A stretch of DNA of 64,000 bases from Oscillospiraceae bacterium (lineage in GTDB: Bacteria; Bacillota; Clostridia; Oscillospirales; CAG-272). A program made the translations under genes and the position numbers. Shown piece after piece: positions 27,135-35,872 of this stretch (position 1 is its first letter; every line of letters starts with the position of its first letter). The stretch is from contig SVQK01000056.1 of NCBI GenBank assembly GCA_015065385.1, forward strand, positions 363,264 to 427,263, written 5' to 3'. The notes beneath the pieces are model-generated. The model ran no database searches. It was not told the origin of the DNA and was given only the letters and a program-made list of their open reading frames with translations.

Positions 27135-27191
27135 ATGAACTCGTTCGTGTTTGCATACGCCTATTATTACTATTACTTCACTAAAAAGTAA
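27135..27191 (+). CDS. Tyr/Phe-rich attenuation leader peptide MNSFVFAYAYYYYYFTKK (18 aa, not in the ORF track)
   Basis: AAGGGGA RBS 5 nt before ATG; five consecutive Tyr codons (TAT TAT TAC TAT TAC); 6 Tyr and 3 Phe; tandem stops TAA TAG TGA. Confidence 0.85.
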   Translation: MNSFVFAYAYYYYYFTKK

Positions 27192-27236
27192 TAGTGATTT
27201 GTGATGCAAGCAGGAAGTTCGGACAGAATAAACATT

Positions 27237-27274
27237 CAGGCTGCACGGAATCACACCGTTCAGCCTGTTTTTTT
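27237..27274 (+). terminator. Attenuator terminator in the symporter 5' leader
   Basis: CAGGCTG-C-ACGG / CCGT-T-CAGCCTG stem plus T7, lying between the promoter and the symporter ATG. Confidence 0.85.
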
Positions 27275-27329
27275 GAGAAGTCCGGGGTTCCTTCCCATCC
27301 CCCGCGCGGAATAAACATACGGAGGCCAT

Positions 27330-28913
27330 ATGGTTATCAAAATCGCGTTCCTGCTCCTGTTCTTTGCCGTCATGATCGCGGTGGGGTTCGTCTGCCGTCG
27401 TCAGGCGGACAGCGTTCACGGATTCGTTCTGGGCGGACGAAACGTCGGCCCGTGGCTGACTGCCTTCGCCTACGGCACCTCCTATTTCTCCGCCGTCATC
27501 TTCATCGGGTACGCCGGTCAGTTCGGCTGGCGGTTCGGCATTTCGACCACATGGGTCGGCATCGGAAACGCCGTGATCGGATCGCTGCTCGCATGGGTGA
27601 TCCTCGGGCGGAGAACCAGACTGCTCACCCAGAAGCTCGACTCCAAGACCATGCCCGACTATTTCGGTTCCCGGTTCGGGTCCGGCGCGCTCCGGATCGC
27701 GGCCTCCGCCATCGTCTTCATCTTCCTGATTCCCTACACCGCGTCCCTGTACAACGGCCTGTCCCGGCTGTTTGAATCCGCGTTCGGCATCGACTATGTG
27801 TGGTGCGTGCTCATCATGTCCGTCCTGACCGGCGTGTACGTCATCGCGGGCGGCTACATGGCTACGGCGGTGAACGACTTCATTCAGGGCTTAATCATGC
27901 TCATCGGCATCGTGCTCGTCATCGGCGCGGTGCTCAAGGACAACGGCGGATTCATGGAAGCGATGAACTCCCTTTCCGTCCTCGAAGCTCCCTCCAATAC
28001 CGGATTGCACGGCGCGTTCTCGTCCTTCCTCGGTCCGGAACCGCTCACCCTTCTCGGCGTGGTGCTCCTGACCTCCCTCGGCACATGGGGCCTGCCCCAG
28101 ATGGTCGGTAAATTCTACGCCATCAAGAGCGAAAGCGACATCTCGAAGGGCACGCTGATCTCCACGATCTTCGCTATCATTGTGGCGGGCGGCTGTTACT
28201 TCCTCGGCGGGTTTGGACGTCTCTACGGGGATGTGATCGAATACGGCGCGAACGGAAATCCCGTGTATGACAGCATCGTTCCGAAGATGCTCGAAGGCCT
28301 TCCCACCGTCGTTGTGGCGATCGTGATCGTGCTGGTGCTCTCCGCCTCCATGTCCACGCTGTCCTCGCTCGTGCTGACCTCCTCCTCCACCCTGACCCTC
28401 GACATGATCCTGCCGATCCGCTCGAAGGGCGGAAAGAAGACCGAGCAGAAGACCCAGATGCTTCTGATCCGCTGCCTCATCGTGTTCTTCATCGTCGTCT
28501 CCGCGGTGATCGCCATCGTGCAGGTCAAGTCCTCCGTCACCTTCATCGCGCAGCTCATGGGTATTTCCTGGGGCGCTCTGGCCGGCGCGTTCCTCGCTCC
28601 CTTCCTCTACAGCCTCTACGGGAAATGGGTCACGAAGGCCTCCGTGTGGGTCAGCTTTATCTGCGGCGTCGGAATCATGGCCGCGGATATGTTCTGCAAC
28701 TTCACGGGCCGGGTGTTCATCAATTCCTTCTTCGCCTCTCCCATCAACGCGGGCGTTCTGGCGATGGTTGCCGGGCTTGTGCTTGTCCCGGTGGTCAGCC
28801 TCTTCACACCGAAGCCGGACGGGAAGAAGGTGGACGAGATGTTCTCCTGCTACGACCGGACCGTTGTGGTTCACGCCACGACCGCGCTCGGCGAAGAGCA
28901 GAAAGAGAACTGA
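27330..28913 (+). CDS. Sodium:solute symporter (SSS) family transporter
   Basis: FVLGGRNVGPW, TSYFSAVIFIGYAG, TMPDYFGSRF, GGYMATAVNDFIQG, LSASMSTLSS; many TM helices. Confidence 0.93.
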   Translation: MVIKIAFLLLFFAVMIAVGFVCRRQADSVHGFVLGGRNVGPWLTAFAYGTSYFSAVIFIGYAGQFGWRFGISTTWVGIGNAVIGSLLAWVILGRRTRLLTQKLDSKTMPDYFGSRFGSGALRIAASAIVFIFLIPYTASLYNGLSRLFESAFGIDYVWCVLIMSVLTGVYVIAGGYMATAVNDFIQGLIMLIGIVLVIGAVLKDNGGFMEAMNSLSVLEAPSNTGLHGAFSSFLGPEPLTLLGVVLLTSLGTWGLPQMVGKFYAIKSESDISKGTLISTIFAIIVAGGCYFLGGFGRLYGDVIEYGANGNPVYDSIVPKMLEGLPTVVVAIVIVLVLSASMSTLSSLVLTSSSTLTLDMILPIRSKGGKKTEQKTQMLLIRCLIVFFIVVSAVIAIVQVKSSVTFIAQLMGISWGALAGAFLAPFLYSLYGKWVTKASVWVSFICGVGIMAADMFCNFTGRVFINSFFASPINAGVLAMVAGLVLVPVVSLFTPKPDGKKVDEMFSCYDRTVVVHATTALGEEQKEN

Positions 28914-28933
28914 CCGGACAAACCGATATGCGG

Positions 28934-28965
28934 AAAGACGGGATCTTCGGATTCCGTCTTTTTTT
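28934..28965 (+). terminator. Intrinsic terminator with a UUCG tetraloop
   Basis: AAAGACGGGATC-TTCG-GATTCCGTCTTT plus T run. Confidence 0.88.
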
Positions 28966-28984
28966 GCGAATTCGTTGTTTCCCG

Positions 28985-29015
28985 GGAACTTTTTCCTTTT
29001 GCGGAACGTCTTATA
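28985..29015 (+). promoter_or_regulatory. ECF-type promoter
   Basis: GGAACT, 16 nt spacer, CGTCTTATA (same -10 9-mer as at 6948). Confidence 0.6.
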
Positions 29016-29083
29016 TCCGGAAAGAAGAAAAACGGACGGAGCCGGGCAGACTCCCGGAGGATCGGTCGAAAGGAGGCGTGACG

Positions 29084-29743
29084 ATGCAGAAAAGATGGTG
29101 GATCCCCCTCATGATCCTTGCCTGCCTGCTGTGGGCGGTGAGCTGCGCGCAGAAGGGAGCGGAGGAGGTCATGGGGATCGGTGTCCGTCCCGCGGCGTCG
29201 GGCACCGGCGAACTCGTCGTAGTCGAGGCACCCGAACCTGTATCCGGGGAACCCGAACAGGATTCCGGGATTCAGCCTGCCGAAGGACTCCGGCTTCATG
29301 TTGCCGGGGAAGGGAAGGATCTGTCGGTGTGTTCCCGCCCTCCTCAGCTGACCGTGGCGGGATGCGCGAACGCGATTCACCCGAGCTGCACATGGACGGC
29401 GGACGGTGCGACGATGATCGCCTGCGGAATGGCGCCGCTCGATATGCTGGATCTTTTGGAAACCGTTCCCTTTGACACCCCCGACGATCCGGTTCCGGAG
29501 CTTCTGTTCGAGGTCGAACCCGACCGGATTTCCCTCCGGTTCGCTCTGCTCGAATGGGATGAAAACGGGGAGCTTCTGACGGACTATGACGATTTCACGG
29601 AACTGACGCCCGACGGGAAAACCGGGGATTTCACCTTCCCGCCTGCGGACTCCGTCGTGGAGATCAACGCGGAATGGGACGAGCGGGACGGATTCGGCGG
29701 CCATGCCCTCTACGTCTTCTGCGCGGGCGGATCGGCAGAATAA
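29084..29743 (+). CDS. Hypothetical acidic lipoprotein
   Basis: AAGGAGG RBS; MQKRWWIPLMILACLLWAVSC lipobox. Confidence 0.75.
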   Translation: MQKRWWIPLMILACLLWAVSCAQKGAEEVMGIGVRPAASGTGELVVVEAPEPVSGEPEQDSGIQPAEGLRLHVAGEGKDLSVCSRPPQLTVAGCANAIHPSCTWTADGATMIACGMAPLDMLDLLETVPFDTPDDPVPELLFEVEPDRISLRFALLEWDENGELLTDYDDFTELTPDGKTGDFTFPPADSVVEINAEWDERDGFGGHALYVFCAGGSAE

Positions 29744-29897
29744 TAGCATGGAACCTCTGCTTTTTTTTGCGGAGGTTCTGTCTTTCCTCTCATCTATTTG
29801 TCATGCAGTTGTCCCGGCTTCACGGACGGTGAGCAGCACAAAAATGAACAAAACCGAAATAATATATGAATTAACAATGGATTCTCCGCTTTCACGC

Positions 29898-29926
29898 TTG
29901 AAAAGTGCGGAGGTCTGTGGTATAGT
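29898..29926 (+). promoter_or_regulatory. sigmaA promoter overlapped by an inverted repeat (29884-29912)
   Basis: TTGAAA, 17 nt spacer, TGgTATAGT; CTCCGC-TTTCA / TGAAA-agt-GCGGAG. Confidence 0.6.
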
Positions 29927-29958
29927 GACAGCAGGAATCGAATGAAAGGGAAAGGTTC

Positions 29959-31011
29959 ATGCTGATCCTTCACTCTCTCGCGCATCTCTTGGTGGACGCT
30001 CTCTGCGCGGCGACGCTGTTCGGTCCGGTGCGCGGCAATCCGGACATCGGGTTCATGGTCCTTTTGTACAATACGCTCGCCTTTTCCACCCAGTGTCTGG
30101 TCGGGCTTGCGGCGGACCGGATGAGAAAGCACGCCCCCGCCGCGGCTGTATCAATGCTGGCCGTCGTGCTCGGCTATCTTCTGCCCGTTCCGGATCTTGC
30201 CCGGGTGCTGCTCGCGGGATGCGGCAACAGCGTCTTCCATGTGGCGGGCGGCGCTTGGACGCTGGAGGAGAGCGGAGGAAAAGCCGGGAAGCTGGGGGTG
30301 TTCGTCGCGCCCGGAGCGATCGGTCTGACTCTCGGGACGCTGTGGCCCTCGCTCGGGGCGGTGTTCGCCGCACTTCTGGCTCTCGCCGCTCTGGCTGAGA
30401 TCCCGCTGTCCCATGTGTTCCGCTCCAAAGCGGATCCGGAACCGTGCGGCGTCGTCCCGGTGTCTCCGGTCGGGATGGGAAAGACCTTTCTTTGCGTCCT
30501 CTTGCTGACGGCGGCGGTGGCGACCCGTGCGGTCGGCGGTTCCGTGGTGGCCTTTCCGTGGAAGACCGGCGCGGTCCTCGGCCTGATCCTCACCCTGTCC
30601 GTCTGGGCGGGGAAGACGGCGGGCGGATTCCTCTGCGACCGGTACGGACCGTCCCGCGCGGCCCTTGTGTCCGTCCCCATTGCCGCGCTGTTCATCACCT
30701 TCTGCTCCGCCTGGATGCTCCCGTCCCTCTTCGGGCAGTTTGCCCTGAATCTGACCATGCCGATCACGCTCTGGCTGATGTTCCGCGCCATGCCGGACGC
30801 GCCGGGATTTGCGTTCGGGCTCGCGGCATCCGCGCTCTGGCCGGGAACCATCGCAGGCAAGCTCATCACGCTGACAGGACCCGCGGCAAAAGCGCTGACC
30901 GTTCTGACCTTCCTCTTCGGACTGGCGGCGATCCTGTATTCCGCCCGCGTCCTGCTGCCCCGCTCCGGTTCTGCGCCCGGATCCGCAACCCGCAGATTTA
31001 GATCGAAATGA
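29959..31011 (+). CDS. MFS-like polytopic membrane protein
   Basis: About 12 hydrophobic segments; GLAADRM and GGFLCDRYG resemble MFS motif A; GNSVFHVAG. Confidence 0.75.
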   Translation: MLILHSLAHLLVDALCAATLFGPVRGNPDIGFMVLLYNTLAFSTQCLVGLAADRMRKHAPAAAVSMLAVVLGYLLPVPDLARVLLAGCGNSVFHVAGGAWTLEESGGKAGKLGVFVAPGAIGLTLGTLWPSLGAVFAALLALAALAEIPLSHVFRSKADPEPCGVVPVSPVGMGKTFLCVLLLTAAVATRAVGGSVVAFPWKTGAVLGLILTLSVWAGKTAGGFLCDRYGPSRAALVSVPIAALFITFCSAWMLPSLFGQFALNLTMPITLWLMFRAMPDAPGFAFGLAASALWPGTIAGKLITLTGPAAKALTVLTFLFGLAAILYSARVLLPRSGSAPGSATRRFRSK

Positions 31012-31427
31012 AGAAAGGAATCGTGATTCCCATGAAAAAGAAAGCTGTTCTCGCGGCCCTTCTGACGCTGACCGCGCTGTTTGCCGCCGTGATTCCCGTC
31101 CGGGCCGACGTGATCGACCCCGACGTTTGGGATCCGTACAACACGAATTCGGGTTATATAGAAGAGGAACCGGTTGAGCCCGCGGAAGAGCCCGCCCCCT
31201 CCGAACCGGAAGAGGTTGAGGTGTCCGACACGGAGGCAACTCCCGCGTCTCCCGCTCCCGAACCCGCTCCGAACAATAACCGGGTCGATTCCGAGGCCAA
31301 ATCTCTTTCGACGACTGTGACGGCTCTCGCGGCGGGACTATTGATCATTGCGGTGGCCGCTCTGATCCGCGCCATCGTCCGGAATCACAGGGAAGCGAAA
31401 ATCGACAGGGAGATGAGCGCAAAATGA
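31008..31427 (+). CDS. Small surface protein: signal peptide, acidic Pro/Glu-rich stalk, C-terminal TM helix (alternative start 31032)
   Basis: ...PVRA|DVIDP; EEEPVEPAEEPAP; AALIRAIVRN. ATGA overlaps with both neighbours. Confidence 0.75.
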   Translation: MKKGIVIPMKKKAVLAALLTLTALFAAVIPVRADVIDPDVWDPYNTNSGYIEEEPVEPAEEPAPSEPEEVEVSDTEATPASPAPEPAPNNNRVDSEAKSLSTTVTALAAGLLIIAVAALIRAIVRNHREAKIDREMSAK

Positions 31428-31645
31428 AAAAGCTGTTTCTTTTGGGCGTCGTTCTGTTTGTTCTGACACTGACAGTCTGTCCGGTTTTCGCCGACGTCAT
31501 TGATTCTCCGCTGGATTCCATGTATTATTACTCCTCCGTGATCGTCGTTCTCGCGGCTGCCGTGGTGCTGATCGCCGCCGCGCTGATCGTCCGCGCGATC
31601 GTGAAGAACAAGCGCAAATCCGGCGGATCCCGGGAGAAGAAATGA
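31424..31645 (+). CDS. Minimal paralog: signal peptide, about 13-aa ectodomain, TM helix, basic tail
   Basis: ...PVFA|DVIDSP; AALIVRAIVKNKRK. Confidence 0.72.
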   Translation: MKKLFLLGVVLFVLTLTVCPVFADVIDSPLDSMYYYSSVIVVLAAAVVLIAAALIVRAIVKNKRKSGGSREKK

Positions 31646-31688
31646 GGGTGTCCGAGGGTCCCGGACTGCGGGGACGGGGGAGAAAAGA

Positions 31689-31997
31689 ATGAGCCTCTTT
31701 CTCGCCTGCGCGCTGACGGTGCTGATCGAAGTCCCGTTCCTCGCCCTCTTCGGATTCCGGAGCCGGTACGCCGTGACCGTAACGGTCTGCGCCAACGTCA
31801 TCACGAACCTGACGCTGAACCTCTGCTTGCGGTTTCTGCTCCCTCCTTCACTGTTGTCGCTCGCCTGCGGGGAAATCGCCGTTGTTCTCGCGGAATTTGC
31901 CCTGTACCGGATCGCGTTCGGAAAGAAGCGCGAGCTTTTCCTCCTGACTCTCGCCGCGAATGTTCTTTCCTGCGGGCTCGGGATGGTGGTTTTCTGA
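31689..31997 (+). CDS. Small hypothetical membrane protein (about 4 TM helices)
   Basis: LTVLIE, ANVITN, EIAVVLAE and ANVLS place polar residues inside hydrophobic helices; GGAG RBS. Confidence 0.75.
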   Translation: MSLFLACALTVLIEVPFLALFGFRSRYAVTVTVCANVITNLTLNLCLRFLLPPSLLSLACGEIAVVLAEFALYRIAFGKKRELFLLTLAANVLSCGLGMVVF

Positions 31998-32069
31998 CGC
32001 CGTCCACGGATAAACAAAAAAGCCGTCGTTCCCCTGAACCGGAGAGCGGCGGCGTTCTGTTTCGTTCGG

Positions 32070-33428
32070 TCAGCGGCGGGCTTTCTTCTCCGCCTCCGCG
32101 AGCACCTTCTTGTACGGCATGAGCATGCCCTCGGTCATTTTGCCGCCGATCTTCTTCCGGATGGCGGGGGAGGAGTTCATCGCGCCGACCGCGTACATGG
32201 CGAGCATGCGGAGGGGTTTCTTCTGGGGGAAATCGTACTGCCCGTGCTCCTTGTAGAAGCGATGATCGGCCTTCATCATGCCCTGCATCTGCCAGATCAG
32301 GTCCCGGAAGATCTTCATGCCTCCGACGCCCCAGAAATTGGCGGGACGCGTGTGACCGTACCGGAGCGCGTAGGCCAGTCTCAGGGCGACATCGGTGATC
32401 TCCCGGTCCGGGTCGGTCTGATCCGAAGCCGCGCCGCACCAGAAATTGCCTCCGGTTTCCGCCCGCGCCTCGAGCACCGTCCGTAGATTTTCCTCCGCCG
32501 GATAGTTCCCGGAGACGAGGACGGCGGCCGGCTTTCCCATCGTGACGGTTCGGTGTCCGTTGCAGAACTGCCGGTCGTCGTAGGTCTTGAAGAGGGAACC
32601 CATGCCGTGATCGCGGATCGAAAAGGCCGTGACGATGGCGTCCGCCGTCTGGATCCGCTCCCGGAGAAGATCGGAGAAGCCGTCCCTGTAGACGCAGACT
32701 CCGTCTGCCGCGCACCGGAAGCAGCCGAGGCATCCCCCGGAGAAACGGAAGTCCCGGAGATTCACAAGATCCGTCTCGTACGGGAAGACCGACCGGAACC
32801 GCGCGATCATAGCGGCAAGCGGACCGTCCTTGTCCGAAAGATCCGCCACGACGGCGACCCGTTTCGATCCGTCCTTCGGTCTGCCGGAATCCGGAACCGT
32901 GACGGGACGGTGCGCGGGGGAGGCGATCGGAGCGCGGGCGGGTTCCTTCACGCCGTATTTCATGCAGAAAAGCAGGTAGTCGAAGAACTTTTCCGCCTCG
33001 CTCCGCCCCTTTTCGGAGAGAAGATCCTCCATGTCGGCGGAGAGTCCGTCCACGAAGGAGAGACCGAGATCCCCGGAGAATTCCCGGACAAACCGGTGGG
33101 CGGTCATGTCGTAGAAATGCTTGGAGGTGGTGATCTGAGTGGCGTACTTGCCGTGAAGATCCACGCCGCTCTCCTCCATCGCCTCCATGAACCGCATGAG
33201 CTGGGAGGGGATGAGGAAGGTGTAGACCGGATAGCAGAAGATCAGGCAGTCTGCCGCCGCAGTCTGACGGGCGAATTCGGCGGTGTGGTCGAGAGGAAAG
33301 GTTGGCCGTCGCCCCGCGTCGATCACGGCGAACCGGTGCTCGGGATGGAGCTTTTCAAGGTACAGGGCCGTTTGGAGGGTGATGGAATCCTTTCCTTTCG
33401 GGGAACCGTTCAAAATCAGAAAATTCAT
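32070..33428 (-). CDS. Tandem flavodoxin-like NAD(P)H-dependent oxidoreductase / iron-sulfur flavoprotein-like
   Basis: LILNGSPKG, PVY motif; second domain GCLGCFRC...CVYRD. Confidence 0.82.
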   Translation of the reverse strand: MNFLILNGSPKGKDSITLQTALYLEKLHPEHRFAVIDAGRRPTFPLDHTAEFARQTAAADCLIFCYPVYTFLIPSQLMRFMEAMEESGVDLHGKYATQITTSKHFYDMTAHRFVREFSGDLGLSFVDGLSADMEDLLSEKGRSEAEKFFDYLLFCMKYGVKEPARAPIASPAHRPVTVPDSGRPKDGSKRVAVVADLSDKDGPLAAMIARFRSVFPYETDLVNLRDFRFSGGCLGCFRCAADGVCVYRDGFSDLLRERIQTADAIVTAFSIRDHGMGSLFKTYDDRQFCNGHRTVTMGKPAAVLVSGNYPAEENLRTVLEARAETGGNFWCGAASDQTDPDREITDVALRLAYALRYGHTRPANFWGVGGMKIFRDLIWQMQGMMKADHRFYKEHGQYDFPQKKPLRMLAMYAVGAMNSSPAIRKKIGGKMTEGMLMPYKKVLAEAEKKARR

Positions 33429-33584
33429 GCTGTCGTTCCTTTCAGGCGTCATGTATGTCCGGCTCCATTGTATCACAAATCGTCCGTTTTGTCGAGGATC
33501 GGGGAAAAAACAGTTGCAAAACCGCTCCGTTCTGTGTTATACTGAGCAAAACAGCGTTTACTGTCCACAGCTTGGGAGGCCAAC

Positions 33585-34607
33585 ATGAAAAAAGCCATAA
33601 AGACAGTTTTGAGGATTTTTCTGACTCTGCTGCTCGCGGCGGTCGGCATCGTCGTGCTGGCGGCGGCCACGCTGCTCGTTCTGCCTCTGACGGAAGGGGT
33701 GGATCGGACGGAAGTCCCCGGGTCCGCCGACTGGATGGCCGCCCTCGACGACGGGAAAGCCCTCGGATCGATCGTGATTCCGGGGACGCACAACAGCGGG
33801 GCGGAGTACGCGCAGCTCGCTTTCTTCTCCAAATGCCAGTCCATGAGCGTCCGGGAACAGCTCGAAGCCGGATACCGCTATCGGGACATCCGCCTTTCCG
33901 GCGATCCGGGGGACGAGGAACTGAGGCTGACGCACGGGTTCACCAACTGCAAGCCCACAGCCTTATCGAACCGCGCCCTCATGCTTAGTGACGTGCTCGA
34001 CGACTGTTACGCGTTCCTCGGGGATCATCCGACGGAAACCGTCCTGTTCTGCGCCAAGCACGAGGACGGGGATATTTCCGTGCGGGAGATCCAGACCATC
34101 CTCGCGGAAGAGATCGGAAAGCGGCGGGACAGCTGGCTTCTTGCGGAGTCCCTCCCGTCCCTCGGCGAAGCAAGGGGAAAGATCGTGCTGCTCCGCCGGT
34201 GGCAGGACGACGCGGGGCTCGGCGCGGATTCCGGCGTACCCTTCGGGTGGGCCGATCAGGGGGGAGTCCCCACGACTGTCGAAGATGTGGAAGCGAACTT
34301 CATAGGGGATCTGCTTCTCTGGGTGCAGGACCGGTATGAATACAATACCGAAGACAAATGGACGGCGTTTCTCTCGGGACTCGAGACGGGCGTCGGAGAG
34401 GACGAAGCCGCGGTCCACTTCCTCAGCACAAAGGGAACGCTCGCCTACGGCCATCCGTACTATTTCGCAAAACGACTCAATCCAATGCTTGAAAAGCTGT
34501 CTCTCTCCGAGATCGGCCTCCCCGAAGGCGCGTCCCTCGGCTGGATCGTCGTGGATTTCGGATCGGCAAAGCTCGCGGAACATATTTACGCGGAGAACTT
34601 CCGGTAA
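33585..34607 (+). CDS. Membrane-anchored phosphatidylinositol-specific phospholipase C (PI-PLC X domain)-like protein
   Basis: IPGTHNS, CQSMSVREQLEAGYRYRDIR, HPTETV, LGEARGKIVLLRR, VQDRY. Confidence 0.87.
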   Translation: MKKAIKTVLRIFLTLLLAAVGIVVLAAATLLVLPLTEGVDRTEVPGSADWMAALDDGKALGSIVIPGTHNSGAEYAQLAFFSKCQSMSVREQLEAGYRYRDIRLSGDPGDEELRLTHGFTNCKPTALSNRALMLSDVLDDCYAFLGDHPTETVLFCAKHEDGDISVREIQTILAEEIGKRRDSWLLAESLPSLGEARGKIVLLRRWQDDAGLGADSGVPFGWADQGGVPTTVEDVEANFIGDLLLWVQDRYEYNTEDKWTAFLSGLETGVGEDEAAVHFLSTKGTLAYGHPYYFAKRLNPMLEKLSLSEIGLPEGASLGWIVVDFGSAKLAEHIYAENFR

Positions 34608-34636
34608 AACGGAAATCCCCCGCGTTTTTTGATCAC

Positions 34637-35872
34637 TTATTTCCCGATCCGGTAGACCTTCATCTGTCCGGGAGCGAGCCAGTCGCCGCCGCAGAGCTCG
34701 GTGTCGGTCTCGTAGTAGCAGGCGTCCCATGAGGCGTCTTTCAGCCGGACGCATGTGCGATTCCATGTGAACCGCTCGAAGGTTTTGGTGTCCTTCGGCA
34801 CATGGAGGACGAAAAGGCCGCTCTCCTTCACGGAGTTGTTGACCACGGCGACGTATTTATCCCCACCTTCCCGGAAAAAGCCCACCACAGCGGCAAGTCC
34901 CTGATCGCAGGTCACGTCCGTCAGCACATCATCGGTCTTTCCTGCCTCAAAGAGCGGATAGCCTCCGTAGGATTTGACGGTGTGGAACGTCCCGAGGTGC
35001 TCCGCGCGGAGGAAGAGATCCCCGAACTGATGAAGGAAATGGCGGTTGACCCGGGACAGGCGCGCGAAGGTCTCTGTCCGCTCCCCGAATTCGTCGATGG
35101 GAGGCAGGCGGTAGTTGGATACCGGCTCCCGCTCATAGACGAAGAACCAGAGGATGCCCTTCATTCCGGAGGCGACCGCCGTGTTGAGCTGCCAGCGGAG
35201 ATCGTCCTCCGAGGGGACCCGGTACCGGAAATGCCCGACGGACAGAAGCGTCGTCCACGGCTCGATCCCCGCCGCCTCGGCTCCCGCGGCGAATTTGCGC
35301 AGATTCGTGAAGTACTGGTGCGTTCCCTCCTCTTCGGGATTCATCTGGACATAGCAGTCGTAGCAGAGGATCTTCAGCCCGGATTCGGCGGTGAACCGTT
35401 CCACCCAGTCCTCGAAGGTCGGAGCGTGCAGGATGCTCTCCTCCTGTCCCTGCCAGTAGGGAAGGAAGTTCAAATGCGGCGTCAGCTCCGGGGCGATTTT
35501 CAGCTGGATCCGGTTCGCGCGGGCCGCGGCCTCGAATTTCTCCGGCGTGGTCGGCTCGTCCCCGATGTGGAAGCCGAGCGTCGCGGGATGGCGTCCGAAG
35601 TCCTCATAAGCGGCTTTGAACTGCGCTTCGCATTCCTCCGCCGTCTCCCCGGACCACCAGCGCGCGCGGTGATCGCTGACGATGACCTTGATGTCCCGCT
35701 CCGCGCAGGCGTCGAGGATCCCGAGCATCGCCTCCTTGTCGCAGCCGTCGTAGTATTCCGGACTCAGGGCGAAGGTCATGCCGAGATCCGCCCAGTCCTT
35801 TACAGCCTCCGGACCGAGATCGCCGGTTCTGGTGTAGTTCCAGAATCCGATGGGGAATTTGTTCATGATCAT
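34637..35872 (-). CDS. Hypothetical protein, probable glycoside hydrolase-type TIM barrel
   Basis: HPATLGFHIGDEP, LCYDCY, GMKGILWFFVY resemble clan GH-A-like segments. Confidence 0.6.
   Translation of the reverse strand: MIMNKFPIGFWNYTRTGDLGPEAVKDWADLGMTFALSPEYYDGCDKEAMLGILDACAERDIKVIVSDHRARWWSGETAEECEAQFKAAYEDFGRHPATLGFHIGDEPTTPEKFEAAARANRIQLKIAPELTPHLNFLPYWQGQEESILHAPTFEDWVERFTAESGLKILCYDCYVQMNPEEEGTHQYFTNLRKFAAGAEAAGIEPWTTLLSVGHFRYRVPSEDDLRWQLNTAVASGMKGILWFFVYEREPVSNYRLPPIDEFGERTETFARLSRVNRHFLHQFGDLFLRAEHLGTFHTVKSYGGYPLFEAGKTDDVLTDVTCDQGLAAVVGFFREGGDKYVAVVNNSVKESGLFVLHVPKDTKTFERFTWNRTCVRLKDASWDACYYETDTELCGGDWLAPGQMKVYRIGK

Noticed and set aside
27162-27176. TAT/TAC run as a simple microsatellite
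   Set aside because: It mixes synonymous TAT and TAC codons in frame with an RBS, ATG and triple stop, which points to selection on Tyr rather than slippage.
27107-27329. T-box explanation for the symporter leader
   Set aside because: No AGGGTGGNACCGCG-like T-box bulge or stem I motifs; the uORF attenuator explains the region.
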